A stretch of 31,066 bases of DNA from a virus (Duplodnaviria > Heunggongvirae > Uroviricota > Caudoviricetes): the IMG/VR virus record IMGVR_UViG_2690316153_000021, one strand, 5' to 3'. The position numbers and the translations under genes were made by a program. The notes under the pieces are model-generated. The model was not told the DNA's origin. It made no database searches and saw only the letters and a program-made list of their open reading frames with translations. Numbering within the stretch: position 1 is the first letter of the stretch; each line of letters opens with the position of its first letter. Positions 8,168 to 17,046 of the stretch are shown one piece after another.

Positions 8168-8950
8168 ATGAAAATTATAAACCAACTTAAGAAGTTTGAT
8201 AAGAAAAGAACGCCAGATGATGGCCGTATTAGTTTGTTATATGAAAACGCGATTAAGTATGATATGTACTCTGTATATATTAAAGATAAAAATGATACAG
8301 AATACCTCTTTGACTGTTTGGTTGATGGGAAGATAAAGGCTTTTAAATGGGATGATGAGGAGCGTAGATTTCATATAAGTTCATGCTTGGATATTTCTGA
8401 GGTTACGCCTGATTCTTTTTTTGGTGTTTACTACTACCGTGCGCATGAGTTGCGATTTAACTCTTTAAATGATTTAACATTTTTAAGGGAGTTGTTCTTT
8501 AGAGTAAAGTCTAATTATGAAAATATAAAGTTTAGTCGTGAAAAATATATTTATCGACAGCAAAAAAAAGAAATAACTGATGTGATGTTTGTTCTCTCAA
8601 CGATTATAAGAATGTATCGTGAATGGGATGCTCAAACTGTGTTTAGTGAGTTTTCAATAATGACCGAAGTCGCTGGTAGTTTATGGGTATACCATGACGA
8701 TAAAAACAGGATGCGTAAAGAGCTTCGTTTATGCCTGAATTCTCTTGTTCAGAATGGAGATCTTGTTGAAACAAGTAGTGGATTTAGGCCAACAGGAAAG
8801 GCACTGAACACAATATCTACATTCAATAAAGATGAGGTGCGGTACAGAGAGAATTTGAGTACTCAGAAGAAAATGTTTTGGGCTACTTTTTTCGCAGCAG
8901 TCGGCGGCGTAGGAAGTATGATTGCAGCTATAATAGGGCTTCTAAAATGA
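8168..8950 (+). CDS. Accessory (moron) protein with single C-terminal transmembrane anchor, unknown family
   Basis: 260-aa ORF, strongly AT-rich; C-terminal hydrophobic stretch (MFWATFFAAVGGVGSMIAAIIGLLK) at the extreme end, i.e. tail-anchored topology; preceded by a terminator, so probably its own transcription unit. In the P2 tin/old slot. Confidence 0.6.
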   Translation: MKIINQLKKFDKKRTPDDGRISLLYENAIKYDMYSVYIKDKNDTEYLFDCLVDGKIKAFKWDDEERRFHISSCLDISEVTPDSFFGVYYYRAHELRFNSLNDLTFLRELFFRVKSNYENIKFSREKYIYRQQKKEITDVMFVLSTIIRMYREWDAQTVFSEFSIMTEVAGSLWVYHDDKNRMRKELRLCLNSLVQNGDLVETSSGFRPTGKALNTISTFNKDEVRYRENLSTQKKMFWATFFAAVGGVGSMIAAIIGLLK

Positions 8951-9110
8951 GCCAACAAAATCGTATGATGAAGTATTGAGTGAAAAGCATTCTTTATATG
9001 CATTATTTTGCATGCAACATATGCTATACATTCTAGCTATGAATTGTCAGACGTGGCAGTACTTCTGTATGGTAATGCAACTGCATTAAAACCGCCCCAT
9101 GAAGCGGGCG

Positions 9111-9129
9111 GGCGAGGCGGGGAAAGCAC
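9111..9129. other. cos: cos site (19-nt cohesive end sequence GGCGAGGCGGGGAAAGCAC)
   Basis: Exact string ggcgaggcggggaaagcac at 9111-9129 matches the P2 cohesive-end sequence as I recall it, and lies in the GC-rich stretch just beyond the 3' end of portal gene Q, where cos sits in P2. Confidence 0.65.
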
Positions 9130-9269
9130 TGCGCGCTGGCGGTGGTGCTGATTTTATTTTTTCAGCGTCTGAGCGCGTCGTGATGGCGTTTAGATTGTTA
9201 GCCGGGGCGTTGGTGTGTCTGCGGGCTGTTTTGTGCGGTGGTGAGCGTGTGAGGGCGTGATGGCGGGTT

Positions 9270-9293
9270 GTAAAAAAGCCGCCCGCAGGCGGC
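9270..9293 (-). terminator. Rho-independent terminator downstream of Q (minus strand)
   Basis: GC hairpin gccgcc-cgca-ggcggc (9278-9293) immediately after the Q stop; on the minus strand it is followed by a U-tract (complement of AAAAAA 9272-9277). Confidence 0.6.
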
Positions 9294-9298
9294 GATGT

Positions 9299-10333
9299 TC
9301 AGCCGTTGTCAGTGTCCAGTGAGTAGTTTTTAAAGCGGATGACCTCCTGACCGAGCCAGCCGTTTATCTCGCGGATCCTGTCCTGTAACGGGATAAGCTC
9401 ATTGCGGACAAAGACCTTTGCCACTTTCTCAATATCACCCAGCGACCCGACGTTCTCCGGCTTGCCCCCCATCAACTGAAAGGGGATGCGGTGCGCGTCC
9501 AGCAGGTCAGCGGCGCTGGCTTTTTTGATATTAAAAAAATCGTCCTTCGTTGCCACTTCACTGAGCGGGATAATTTTAATGCCGTCGGCTTTCCCCTGTG
9601 GGGCATAGAGAAACAGATTTTTAAAGTTATTGCGGCCTTTCGACTTAACCATGTTTTCGCGAAGCATTTCGATATCGTTGCGATCCTGCACGGCATCAGT
9701 GACGTACATGATGTATCCGGCATGTGCGCCGTTTTCGTAATACTTGCGGCGGAACAGCGTGGCCGACTCATTCAGCCAGGCAGAGTTAAGGGCGCTGAGA
9801 TATTCCGGCAGGCCGTACAGCTCCTGATTAATATCCGGCTCCAGCAGGTGAAACACGGAGCCGGGCGTGAAAGGTGTCGGCTCGTTGAAGGACGGCACCC
9901 ACCAGTAAACATCCTCCTCCACCCCACGGCGGGTATATTTTGCCGGTGAGGTTTCCAGTCTGATGACCTTACCGGTAGTGCTGTAACGCTTTTCCAGAAA
10001 CGCATTACCGAACACCAGAAAATCCAGCACAAAGCGGCTGAAATCCTGCTGAGAAAGCCACGGATGCGGGATAAATGTCGAGGCCAGAATATTGCGTTTG
10101 ACGTAAATTGGTGAGCTGTGATGCACGGCAGCACGCAGGCTTTTTGCCAGACCGGTAAAGCTGACCGGTGGCTCATACCATCTGCCGTTACTGATGCACT
10201 CGACGTAATCCAGAATGTCACGGCGGTCGAGTACCGGCACCGGCTCACCAAAGGTGAATGCTTCCATTTTCGGGGCGCTGGCAGTCATTGTTTTCACCGC
10301 TGGCTGCGGTGTTTTCCCTTTTTTCTTACTCAT
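9299..10333 (-). CDS. Q: Portal protein
   Basis: 344 aa, exactly the P2 gpQ length; position and orientation (leftward, next to cos and P) as in P2. Confidence 0.9.
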   Translation of the reverse strand: MSKKKGKTPQPAVKTMTASAPKMEAFTFGEPVPVLDRRDILDYVECISNGRWYEPPVSFTGLAKSLRAAVHHSSPIYVKRNILASTFIPHPWLSQQDFSRFVLDFLVFGNAFLEKRYSTTGKVIRLETSPAKYTRRGVEEDVYWWVPSFNEPTPFTPGSVFHLLEPDINQELYGLPEYLSALNSAWLNESATLFRRKYYENGAHAGYIMYVTDAVQDRNDIEMLRENMVKSKGRNNFKNLFLYAPQGKADGIKIIPLSEVATKDDFFNIKKASAADLLDAHRIPFQLMGGKPENVGSLGDIEKVAKVFVRNELIPLQDRIREINGWLGQEVIRFKNYSLDTDNG

Positions 10334-12105
10334 CAGTAAAACTCCAGAATGGTGGATGTCAGCGGAGTGCTGATACCGGCGGTGAGTGGCTCATTTAACA
10401 GGGCGTGCATGGTCGCCCAGGCGAGGTCGGCGTGGCTGGCTTCCTCGCTGCGGCTGGCCTCATAGGTGGCGCTGCGTCCGCTGCTGGTCATGGTCTTGCG
10501 GATAGCCATGAACGAGCTGGTGATGTCGGTGGCGCTGACGTCATATTCCAGACAGCCACGGCGGATAACGTCTTTTGCCTTGAGCACCATTGCAGTTTTC
10601 ATTTCCGGCGTGTAGCGGATATCGCGCGCGGCGGGATAGAACGAGCGCACGAGCTGGAACACGCCGACACCGAGGCCGGTGGCATCAATACCGATGTATT
10701 CGACGTTATATTTTTCGGTGAGTTTGCGGATGGATTCAGCCTGGGTGGCAAAGTCCATGCCTTTCCACTGGTGACGCTCAAGTATTCTGAATTTGCCACC
10801 GGCCACCACCGGCGGTGCCAGCACCACGCATCCGGCGCTGTCGCCACGGTGTGACGGGTCGTAACCAATCCATACCGGACGTGAGCCGAACGGATTGGCG
10901 GCAAACGGAGCATAGTCTTCCCATTCTTCCAGCGTGTCGACCATGCAGCGTTGCAGCTCCTCGAACGGGAACACCGACGCCTTGTCGTCAACAAATTCAC
11001 ACATGAACAGGTTTTTAAAATCGTCGGCGCTGTTTTCACGTTTGAGCTGCTCAATGTCGAACAGCGTGCAGCCGCCTTTCAGGGCGTCCTCAATGGTGAC
11101 AATCTGCCGCCACTGGCCGTCCGCACAGAGAAGCCCACCGGCAAGGGCGTTATGACTGACGTCGATTTCCACGCGTTCGGCGGCGCTGGCGCGTCCCCGG
11201 TTAAACAGTTCACCCGACCAGAACGGGTAGGCGTCGTGCGCCAGTGTGGACGGGGTGGAGAAATAGGTCGAGCGCAGGTGACTCTGTGAGGCCATACCTG
11301 ATGCCACCTTACGCAGTACCTGAAAATTCGGGATCCAGAAAATCTCGTCGACGTACAGGTCGCCGTTATGGCTCTGCGCGGTGTTGGAGTTGGTGCCGAG
11401 AAAAATCAGTTTTGCGCCGTTATTGCCCAGGACAATCGGGTCACCGGTCAGGTCAACGTCAACCAGCCGGGCAAAGGCGATGATGTATTCGCGGAACACA
11501 TACGCCTGCGTTTTACTGGCCGACAGAAAAATCTGGTTATGACCGGTTTTCAGGGCGCGCAGCAGCGCCTCGCGGGAAAAATAAAACGTCGCGCCAATCT
11601 GGCGGGATTTCAGGATATCGCGGATGCGGTGCTCAAGCCCTGCGCGATACCAGTGCAACTGATATTCGAAAGACTGCTCAAAGAAAATCTGCTCCAGCTT
11701 TTCGATGGCCTCGTCACTGAAAAAATTCTTTTTCGGTTTGCGACGCCCGCCTTTGTTGCGGTTAGCGACGTTCGGATTAAGGTCTGCCTCGTTGCCGGTC
11801 TGACTGTAACGGTTGACCCGTGCCAGTCGTTCAATCTGGCGTCCGAGCAGGTCAATTTCCTTGAAGTCACCGCCGGTTTTCTGCGGTTTGATGATGAGCT
11901 GGGTCAGCCGCGCTTCCAGACTCATTTCGACACGGCTGATGGGGGCAACGCTGTCCCAGCCGTCGCGCTGTTTCCAGCTCTGCACCGTCGGGCGTTTCAT
12001 CTGCAACATGGCGGCAATCTGCGGCACGGAAAATCCCTGCCAGTACAGCAGCGCCGCCTGACGACGCGGGTCGTGTAAAAGAGTGGTGTCTGTGGTGATG
12101 GTCAT
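10333..12105 (-). CDS. P: Terminase large subunit (ATPase/nuclease)
   Basis: ORF track 10333..12135; ATG at 12103-12105 (MTITTDTTLLHDPRRQ...) gives 590 aa, the P2 gpP length; divergent from O as in P2. Confidence 0.9.
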   Translation of the reverse strand: MTITTDTTLLHDPRRQAALLYWQGFSVPQIAAMLQMKRPTVQSWKQRDGWDSVAPISRVEMSLEARLTQLIIKPQKTGGDFKEIDLLGRQIERLARVNRYSQTGNEADLNPNVANRNKGGRRKPKKNFFSDEAIEKLEQIFFEQSFEYQLHWYRAGLEHRIRDILKSRQIGATFYFSREALLRALKTGHNQIFLSASKTQAYVFREYIIAFARLVDVDLTGDPIVLGNNGAKLIFLGTNSNTAQSHNGDLYVDEIFWIPNFQVLRKVASGMASQSHLRSTYFSTPSTLAHDAYPFWSGELFNRGRASAAERVEIDVSHNALAGGLLCADGQWRQIVTIEDALKGGCTLFDIEQLKRENSADDFKNLFMCEFVDDKASVFPFEELQRCMVDTLEEWEDYAPFAANPFGSRPVWIGYDPSHRGDSAGCVVLAPPVVAGGKFRILERHQWKGMDFATQAESIRKLTEKYNVEYIGIDATGLGVGVFQLVRSFYPAARDIRYTPEMKTAMVLKAKDVIRRGCLEYDVSATDITSSFMAIRKTMTSSGRSATYEASRSEEASHADLAWATMHALLNEPLTAGISTPLTSTILEFY

Positions 12106-12278
12106 GAATACCTCGCCGTGATGAATACACGGCAAGGCTACTGAGTCGCGCCCCGCGATTCGCTAAGGTGCTGTTGTGTCAGTGATAAGCCATCCGGGAC
12201 TGATGGCGGAGGATGCGCATCGTCGGGAAACTGATGCCGACATGTGACTCCTCTAATCACTATTCAGGACTCCTGACA

Positions 12279-13133
12279 ATGGCAAAAAAAGTCTCAAAAT
12301 TCTTTCGTATCGGCGTTGAGGGTGACACCTGTGACGGGCGTGTCATCAGTGCGCAGGATATTCAGGAAATGGCCGAAACCTTTGACCCGCGAGTCTATGG
12401 TTGCCGCATTAACCTGGAACATCTGCGCGGCATCCTGCCTGACGGTATTTTTAAGCGTTATGGCGATGTGGCCGAACTGAAGGCCGAAAAGATTGACGAT
12501 GATTCGGCGCTGAAAGGCAAATGGGCGCTGTTTGCGAAAATCACCCCGACCGATGACCTTATCGCGATGAACAAGGCCGCGCAGAAGGTCTATACCTCAA
12601 TGGAAATTCAGCCGAACTTTGCCAATACCGGCAAATGTTATCTGGTGGGTCTGGCCGTCACCGATGACCCGGCAAGCCTCGGCACGGAATACCTGGAATT
12701 CTGCCGCACGGCAAAACACAACCCCCTGAACCGCTTCAAATTAAGCCCTGAAAACCTGATTTCAGTGGCAACGCCCGTTGAGCTGGAATTTGAAGACCTG
12801 CCTGAAACCGTGTTCACCGCCCTGACCGAAAAGGTGAAGTCCATTTTTGGCCGCAAACAGGCCAGCGATGACGCCCGTCTGAATGACGTGCATGAAGCGG
12901 TGACCGCTGTTGCTGAACATGTGCAGGAAAAACTGAGCGCCACTGAGCAGCGCCTCGCTGAGATGGAAACCGCTTTTTCCGCACTTAAGCAGGATGTGAC
13001 TGACAGGGCGGATGAAACCAGCCAGGCATTCACCCGCCTGAAAAACAGTCTCGACCACACCGAAAGTCTGACCCAGCAGCGCCGCAGCAAGGCCACCGGT
13101 GGTGGCGGTGACGCCCTGATGACGAACTGCTGA
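12279..13133 (+). CDS. O: Capsid scaffolding protein
   Basis: ORF track 12213..13133; ATG at 12279 (MAKKVSKFFRIG...) gives 284 aa, the P2 gpO length; first gene of the rightward capsid operon. Confidence 0.88.
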   Translation: MAKKVSKFFRIGVEGDTCDGRVISAQDIQEMAETFDPRVYGCRINLEHLRGILPDGIFKRYGDVAELKAEKIDDDSALKGKWALFAKITPTDDLIAMNKAAQKVYTSMEIQPNFANTGKCYLVGLAVTDDPASLGTEYLEFCRTAKHNPLNRFKLSPENLISVATPVELEFEDLPETVFTALTEKVKSIFGRKQASDDARLNDVHEAVTAVAEHVQEKLSATEQRLAEMETAFSALKQDVTDRADETSQAFTRLKNSLDHTESLTQQRRSKATGGGGDALMTNC

Positions 13134-13191
13134 CCGGCGTCAGTCAGTCCGGGAAAACCTTCACGATTAACCCTTAATTTCAGGAAAAACT

Positions 13192-14265
13192 ATGCGCCAG
13201 GAAACCCGCTTTAAATTTAATGCCTACCTGTCCCGTGTTGCCGAACTGAACGGCATCGACGCCGGTGATGTGTCGAAAAAATTCACCGTTGAACCGTCGG
13301 TCACCCAGACCCTGATGAACACCATGCAGGAGTCCTCTGACTTTCTGACCCGCATCAACATTGTGCCGGTCAGCGAAATGAAAGGGGAAAAAATTGGCAT
13401 CGGTGTCACCGGCTCCATCGCCAGCACCAGCGACACCGCCGGTGGCACCGAGCGTCAGCCGAAGGACTTCTCGAAGCTGGCGTCAAACAAGTACGAATGC
13501 GACCAGATTAACTTCGATTTTTATATCCGCTACAAAACGCTGGACCTGTGGGCGCGTTATCAGGATTTCCAGCTCCGTGTCCGTAACGCCATTATCAAAC
13601 GCCAGTCCCTTGATTTAATCATGGCCGGTTTTAACGGCGTGAGGCGTGCCGAAACCTCTGACCGCAGCAGCAATCCGATGCTGCAGGATGTGGCGGTCGG
13701 CTGGCTGCAGAAATACCGCAATGAAGCCCCGGCGCGCGTGATGAGCAAGGTCACTGACGAGGAAGGGCACACCACCTCTGAGGTTATCCGCGTGGGTAAG
13801 GGCGGTGATTATGCCAGCCTTGACGCACTGGTGATGGATGCGACCAACAACCTGATTGAGCCGTGGTATCAGGAAGACCCTGACCTTGTGGTGATTGTGG
13901 GACGTCAGCTACTGGCGGACAAGTATTTTCCCATCGTCAACAAGGAGCAGGACAACAGCGAAATGCTGGCCGCTGACGTCATCATCAGCCAGAAACGCAT
14001 CGGTAACCTGCCGGCGGTACGCGTCCCGTACTTCCCGGCGGATGCGATGCTCATCACAAAGCTGGAAAACCTGTCCATCTACTACATGGATGACAGCCAT
14101 CGCCGCGTGATTGAGGAAAACCCGAAACTCGACCGCGTGGAGAACTACGAGTCAATGAACATTGATTACGTGGTGGAAGACTACGCCGCCGGTTGTCTGG
14201 TGGAAAAAATTAAGGTCGGTGATTTCTCCACACTGGCTAAAGCGACCGCAGAGCCGGGAGCGTAA
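13192..14265 (+). CDS. N: Major capsid protein
   Basis: 357 aa, the P2 gpN length; follows O. Confidence 0.9.
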   Translation: MRQETRFKFNAYLSRVAELNGIDAGDVSKKFTVEPSVTQTLMNTMQESSDFLTRINIVPVSEMKGEKIGIGVTGSIASTSDTAGGTERQPKDFSKLASNKYECDQINFDFYIRYKTLDLWARYQDFQLRVRNAIIKRQSLDLIMAGFNGVRRAETSDRSSNPMLQDVAVGWLQKYRNEAPARVMSKVTDEEGHTTSEVIRVGKGGDYASLDALVMDATNNLIEPWYQEDPDLVVIVGRQLLADKYFPIVNKEQDNSEMLAADVIISQKRIGNLPAVRVPYFPADAMLITKLENLSIYYMDDSHRRVIEENPKLDRVENYESMNIDYVVEDYAAGCLVEKIKVGDFSTLAKATAEPGA

Positions 14266-14268
14266 CCG

Positions 14269-15012
14269 ATGACGAGTCCCGCACAGCGCCACATGATGCG
14301 GGTCTCGGCAGCGATGACCGCGCAGCGGGAAGCCGCCCCGCTGCGACATGCAACTGTCTATGAGCAGATGCTGGTTAAGCTCGCCGCAGACCAGCGCACA
14401 CTGAAAGCGATTTATTCAAAAGAGCTGAAGGCCGCGAAAAAACGCGAACTGCTGCCGTTCTGGTTGCCGTGGGTGAATGGCGTGCTGGAGCAGGGCAAAG
14501 GTGCACAGGATGACATTCTGATGACGGTCATGCTGTGGCGTCTGGATACCGGCGATATTGCCGGTGCGCTGGAGATTGCCCGTTATGCCCTGAAGTACGG
14601 TCTGACCATGCCGGGTAAACACCGCCGCACCCCGCCGTACATGTTCACCGAGGAGGTGGCGCTTGCGGCCATGCGCGCTCACGCTGCGGGTGAGTCTGTG
14701 GATACCCGCCTGCTGACGGACACCCTTGAACTGACCGCCACGGCTGACATGCCTGATGAAGTGCGCGCAAAGCTGCACAAAATCACCGGTCTGTTTCTGC
14801 GTGACGGTGGTGATGCCGCCGGTGCGCTGGCTCACCTGCAACGTGCGACACAGCTCGACTGTCAGGCAGGCGTCAAAAAAGAGATTGAACGACTGGAGCG
14901 GGAGCTGAAACCGAAGCCGGAGCCGCAGCCCAAAGCGGCCACCCGCGCCCCGCGTAAGATCCGGAGCGTGACACCGGCAAAACGTGGACGCCCGAAAAAG
15001 AAAGCCAGTTAA
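14269..15012 (+). CDS. M: Terminase small subunit / endonuclease subunit
   Basis: 247 aa, the P2 gpM length; basic C-terminal tail (KRGRPKKKAS); follows N. Confidence 0.88.
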   Translation: MTSPAQRHMMRVSAAMTAQREAAPLRHATVYEQMLVKLAADQRTLKAIYSKELKAAKKRELLPFWLPWVNGVLEQGKGAQDDILMTVMLWRLDTGDIAGALEIARYALKYGLTMPGKHRRTPPYMFTEEVALAAMRAHAAGESVDTRLLTDTLELTATADMPDEVRAKLHKITGLFLRDGGDAAGALAHLQRATQLDCQAGVKKEIERLERELKPKPEPQPKAATRAPRKIRSVTPAKRGRPKKKAS

Positions 15013-15111
15013 CAACCGAATGCGCCCCGCGCCAGGGCGGCACGCCGGTCAGTGAGGGTGAATCACCTGACACTGCACCGGCGTCCACCGCCCGACTTTT
15101 CAGAGGTAGTC

Positions 15112-15621
15112 ATGATGACGCTGATTATTCCGCGAAAGGAGGCTCCCGTGTCCGGTGAGGGTACGGTGGTCATCCCGCAACCGGCAGGCGACGAGCCGGT
15201 GATTAAAAACACGTTCTTTTTTCCCGATATCGACCCGAAGCGCGTCCGGGAACGTATGCGCCTTGAGCAGACCGTCGCCCCCGCCCGTCTGCGTGAGGCC
15301 ATCAAGTCAGGCATGGCGGAGACGAATGCGGAGCTGTACGAGTACCGCGAACAGAAAATTGCCGCCGGTTTTACGCGTCTGGCGGACGTCCCGGCGGACG
15401 ACATCGACGGTGAAAGCATCAAAGTTTTTTACTACGAGCGCGCCGTGTGTGCGATGGCGACCGCGTCGCTTTATGAACGTTATCGCGGTGTGGATGCCAG
15501 TGCGAAAGGCGACAAGAAGGCCGACAGCATTGACAGCACCATTGATGAGCTGTGGCGGGATATGCGCTGGGCAGTGGCGCGCATCCAGGGCAAGCCGCGC
15601 TGCATCGTGAGTCAAATCTGA
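15112..15621 (+). CDS. L: Head completion / stabilisation protein
   Basis: ORF track 15052..15621; ATG at 15112 (MMTLIIP...) gives 169 aa, the P2 gpL length. Confidence 0.82.
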   Translation: MMTLIIPRKEAPVSGEGTVVIPQPAGDEPVIKNTFFFPDIDPKRVRERMRLEQTVAPARLREAIKSGMAETNAELYEYREQKIAAGFTRLADVPADDIDGESIKVFYYERAVCAMATASLYERYRGVDASAKGDKKADSIDSTIDELWRDMRWAVARIQGKPRCIVSQI

Positions 15622-15824
15622 TGAAGACCTTTGCGCTACAGGGCGACACGCTCGACGCCATTTGTGTCCGGTATTACGGGCGCACTGAGGGCGTGGTTGA
15701 GACCGTGCTCGCCGCAAATCCGGGACTGGCTGAACTGGGTGCGGTGCTGCCACACGGCACCGCCGTCGAACTGCCCGACGTTCAGACCGCGCCCGTGGCT
15801 GAAACTGTCAATCTGTGGGAGTAA
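15621..15824 (+). CDS. X: Tail protein X (LysM-like)
   Basis: ORF track 15552..15824; ATG at 15621 overlapping the L stop (TGATG) gives 67 aa (MKTFALQGDTLDAICVRYYG...), the P2 gpX length. Confidence 0.8.
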   Translation: MKTFALQGDTLDAICVRYYGRTEGVVETVLAANPGLAELGAVLPHGTAVELPDVQTAPVAETVNLWE

Positions 15825-15827
15825 CGC

Positions 15828-16109
15828 ATGACAGCAGAAGAAAAAAGCGTCCTGTCGCTTTTCATGATTGGGGTGCTGATTGTTGTCGGCAAGGTGCTTG
15901 CCGGTGGTGAACCCATCACCCCGCGTCTGTTTATCGGGCGCATGTTGCTCGGTGGTTTTGTCTCGATGGTTGCCGGTGTTGTTCTGGTGCAGTTTCCTGA
16001 CCTGTCACTGCCTGCGGTGTGCGGTATCGGCTCCATGCTGGGTATCGCCGGTTATCAGGTGATTGAGATTGCCATTCAGCGCCGCTTTAAGGGCAGGGGG
16101 AAACCGTAA
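15828..16109 (+). CDS. Y: Holin
   Basis: 93 aa, the P2 gpY length; hydrophobic helices with a charged C-terminus (RRFKGRGKP); immediately upstream of the endolysin. Confidence 0.85.
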   Translation: MTAEEKSVLSLFMIGVLIVVGKVLAGGEPITPRLFIGRMLLGGFVSMVAGVVLVQFPDLSLPAVCGIGSMLGIAGYQVIEIAIQRRFKGRGKP

Positions 16110-16606
16110 TGCCGGTTATTAACACGCATCAGAATATCGCCGCCTTTCTCGACATGCTGGCCGTGTCCGAAGGGACGGCAAACCATCCGCTGACGAAAAA
16201 CCGGGGCTATGACGTGATAGTCACCGGACTGGACGGGAAGCCGGAAATTTTCACCGACTACAGTGACCACCCGTTCGCACATGGCCGACCGGCGAAGGTG
16301 TTTAACCGTCGCGGTGAAAAATCCACGGCCTCCGGTCGCTATCAGCAGCTTTACCTGTTCTGGCCGCATTACCGCAAACAGCTTGCCCTGCCGGATTTCA
16401 GTCCGTTGTCACAGGACAGACTTGCCATTCAGTTGATCCGCGAACGCGGTGCACTGGATGACATCCGGGCGGGACGCATTGAGCGCGCCATTTCACGCTG
16501 TCGCAATATCTGGGCGTCCCTGCCGGGTGCCGGTTACGGTCAGCGTGAGCATTCACTGGAAAAACTGGTCACCGTCTGGCGTACCGCCGGCGGCGTACCG
16601 GCTTAA
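16109..16606 (+). CDS. K: Endolysin (lysozyme-like)
   Basis: 165 aa, the P2 gpK length; N-terminal region (LDMLAVSEGT) resembles lysozyme-family catalytic region; between holin and lysA/B. Confidence 0.88.
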   Translation: MPVINTHQNIAAFLDMLAVSEGTANHPLTKNRGYDVIVTGLDGKPEIFTDYSDHPFAHGRPAKVFNRRGEKSTASGRYQQLYLFWPHYRKQLALPDFSPLSQDRLAIQLIRERGALDDIRAGRIERAISRCRNIWASLPGAGYGQREHSLEKLVTVWRTAGGVPA

Positions 16607-16620
16607 ACGGAGTAAACACC

Positions 16621-17046
16621 ATGAAGAAATTATCCCTTTCACTGATGCTGAACGTGTCGCTGGCGCTGATGCTGGCACTGTCCCTGATTTACCCGCAGAG
16701 CGTGGCCGTCAGTTTTGTCGCCGCCTGGGCGATTCTGGCGACGGTTATCTGTGTGGTTGCCGGTGGTGTCGGCGTGTATGCCACAGAGTATGTACTGGAA
16801 CGCTACGGGCGGGAGCTGCCGCCGGAATCGCTGGCCGTGCAGATTGTCACGTCGCTGTTTTTGCAGCCGGTGCCGTGGCGCAGACGGGCGGCGGCTCTGG
16901 TGGTGATGGTGGCGACGTTTGTCTCGCTGATTGCTGCCGGGTGGATTTTTACCGCGCTGATTTATCTCATGGCGTCGCTGTTCTTCCGGTTGGTACGTAC
17001 GGCCTGCCGTCAGCGCTTTGAGGGGCGGGAACCATGTCAAAGCTGA
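16621..17046 (+). CDS. lysA: Lysis timing regulator LysA (multi-pass membrane protein)
   Basis: 141 aa, the P2 LysA length; several hydrophobic helices; position after K. Confidence 0.75.
   Translation: MKKLSLSLMLNVSLALMLALSLIYPQSVAVSFVAAWAILATVICVVAGGVGVYATEYVLERYGRELPPESLAVQIVTSLFLQPVPWRRRAAALVVMVATFVSLIAAGWIFTALIYLMASLFFRLVRTACRQRFEGREPCQS

Noticed and set aside
7285-8950. Possibility that the two cargo genes are a Kiwa-like (KwaA/KwaB) system or the P2 Old nuclease
   Set aside because: Kiwa KwaA is a multi-pass membrane protein paired with a larger DUF4868 protein, and Old is a roughly 590-aa ATPase/Toprim protein. Neither size, TM arrangement nor any Walker/Toprim motif fits what is seen here. 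Tin-likeness of gene 2 is not excluded and is noted in the findings.
9472-11483. Numerous 60-160-aa ORFs on both strands overlapping Q and P (e.g. 9472..9771, 9491..9949, 9772..10251, 10405..10854, 10599..11054, 10951..11289)
   Set aside because: They lie entirely inside long, length-matched P2 homologues in a GC-rich region where spurious open frames are common; none has an independent ribosome-binding site or recognisable motif.
12106-12278. Searched the divergent P-O intergenic region for Ogr-type late-promoter dyads (TGT-N12-ACA)
   Set aside because: I could not find a perfect TGT-N12-ACA match by eye (closest is TGT at 12243-12245 with CAC rather than ACA 12 nt downstream), so I do not annotate a specific activator site, though late promoters are expected here.
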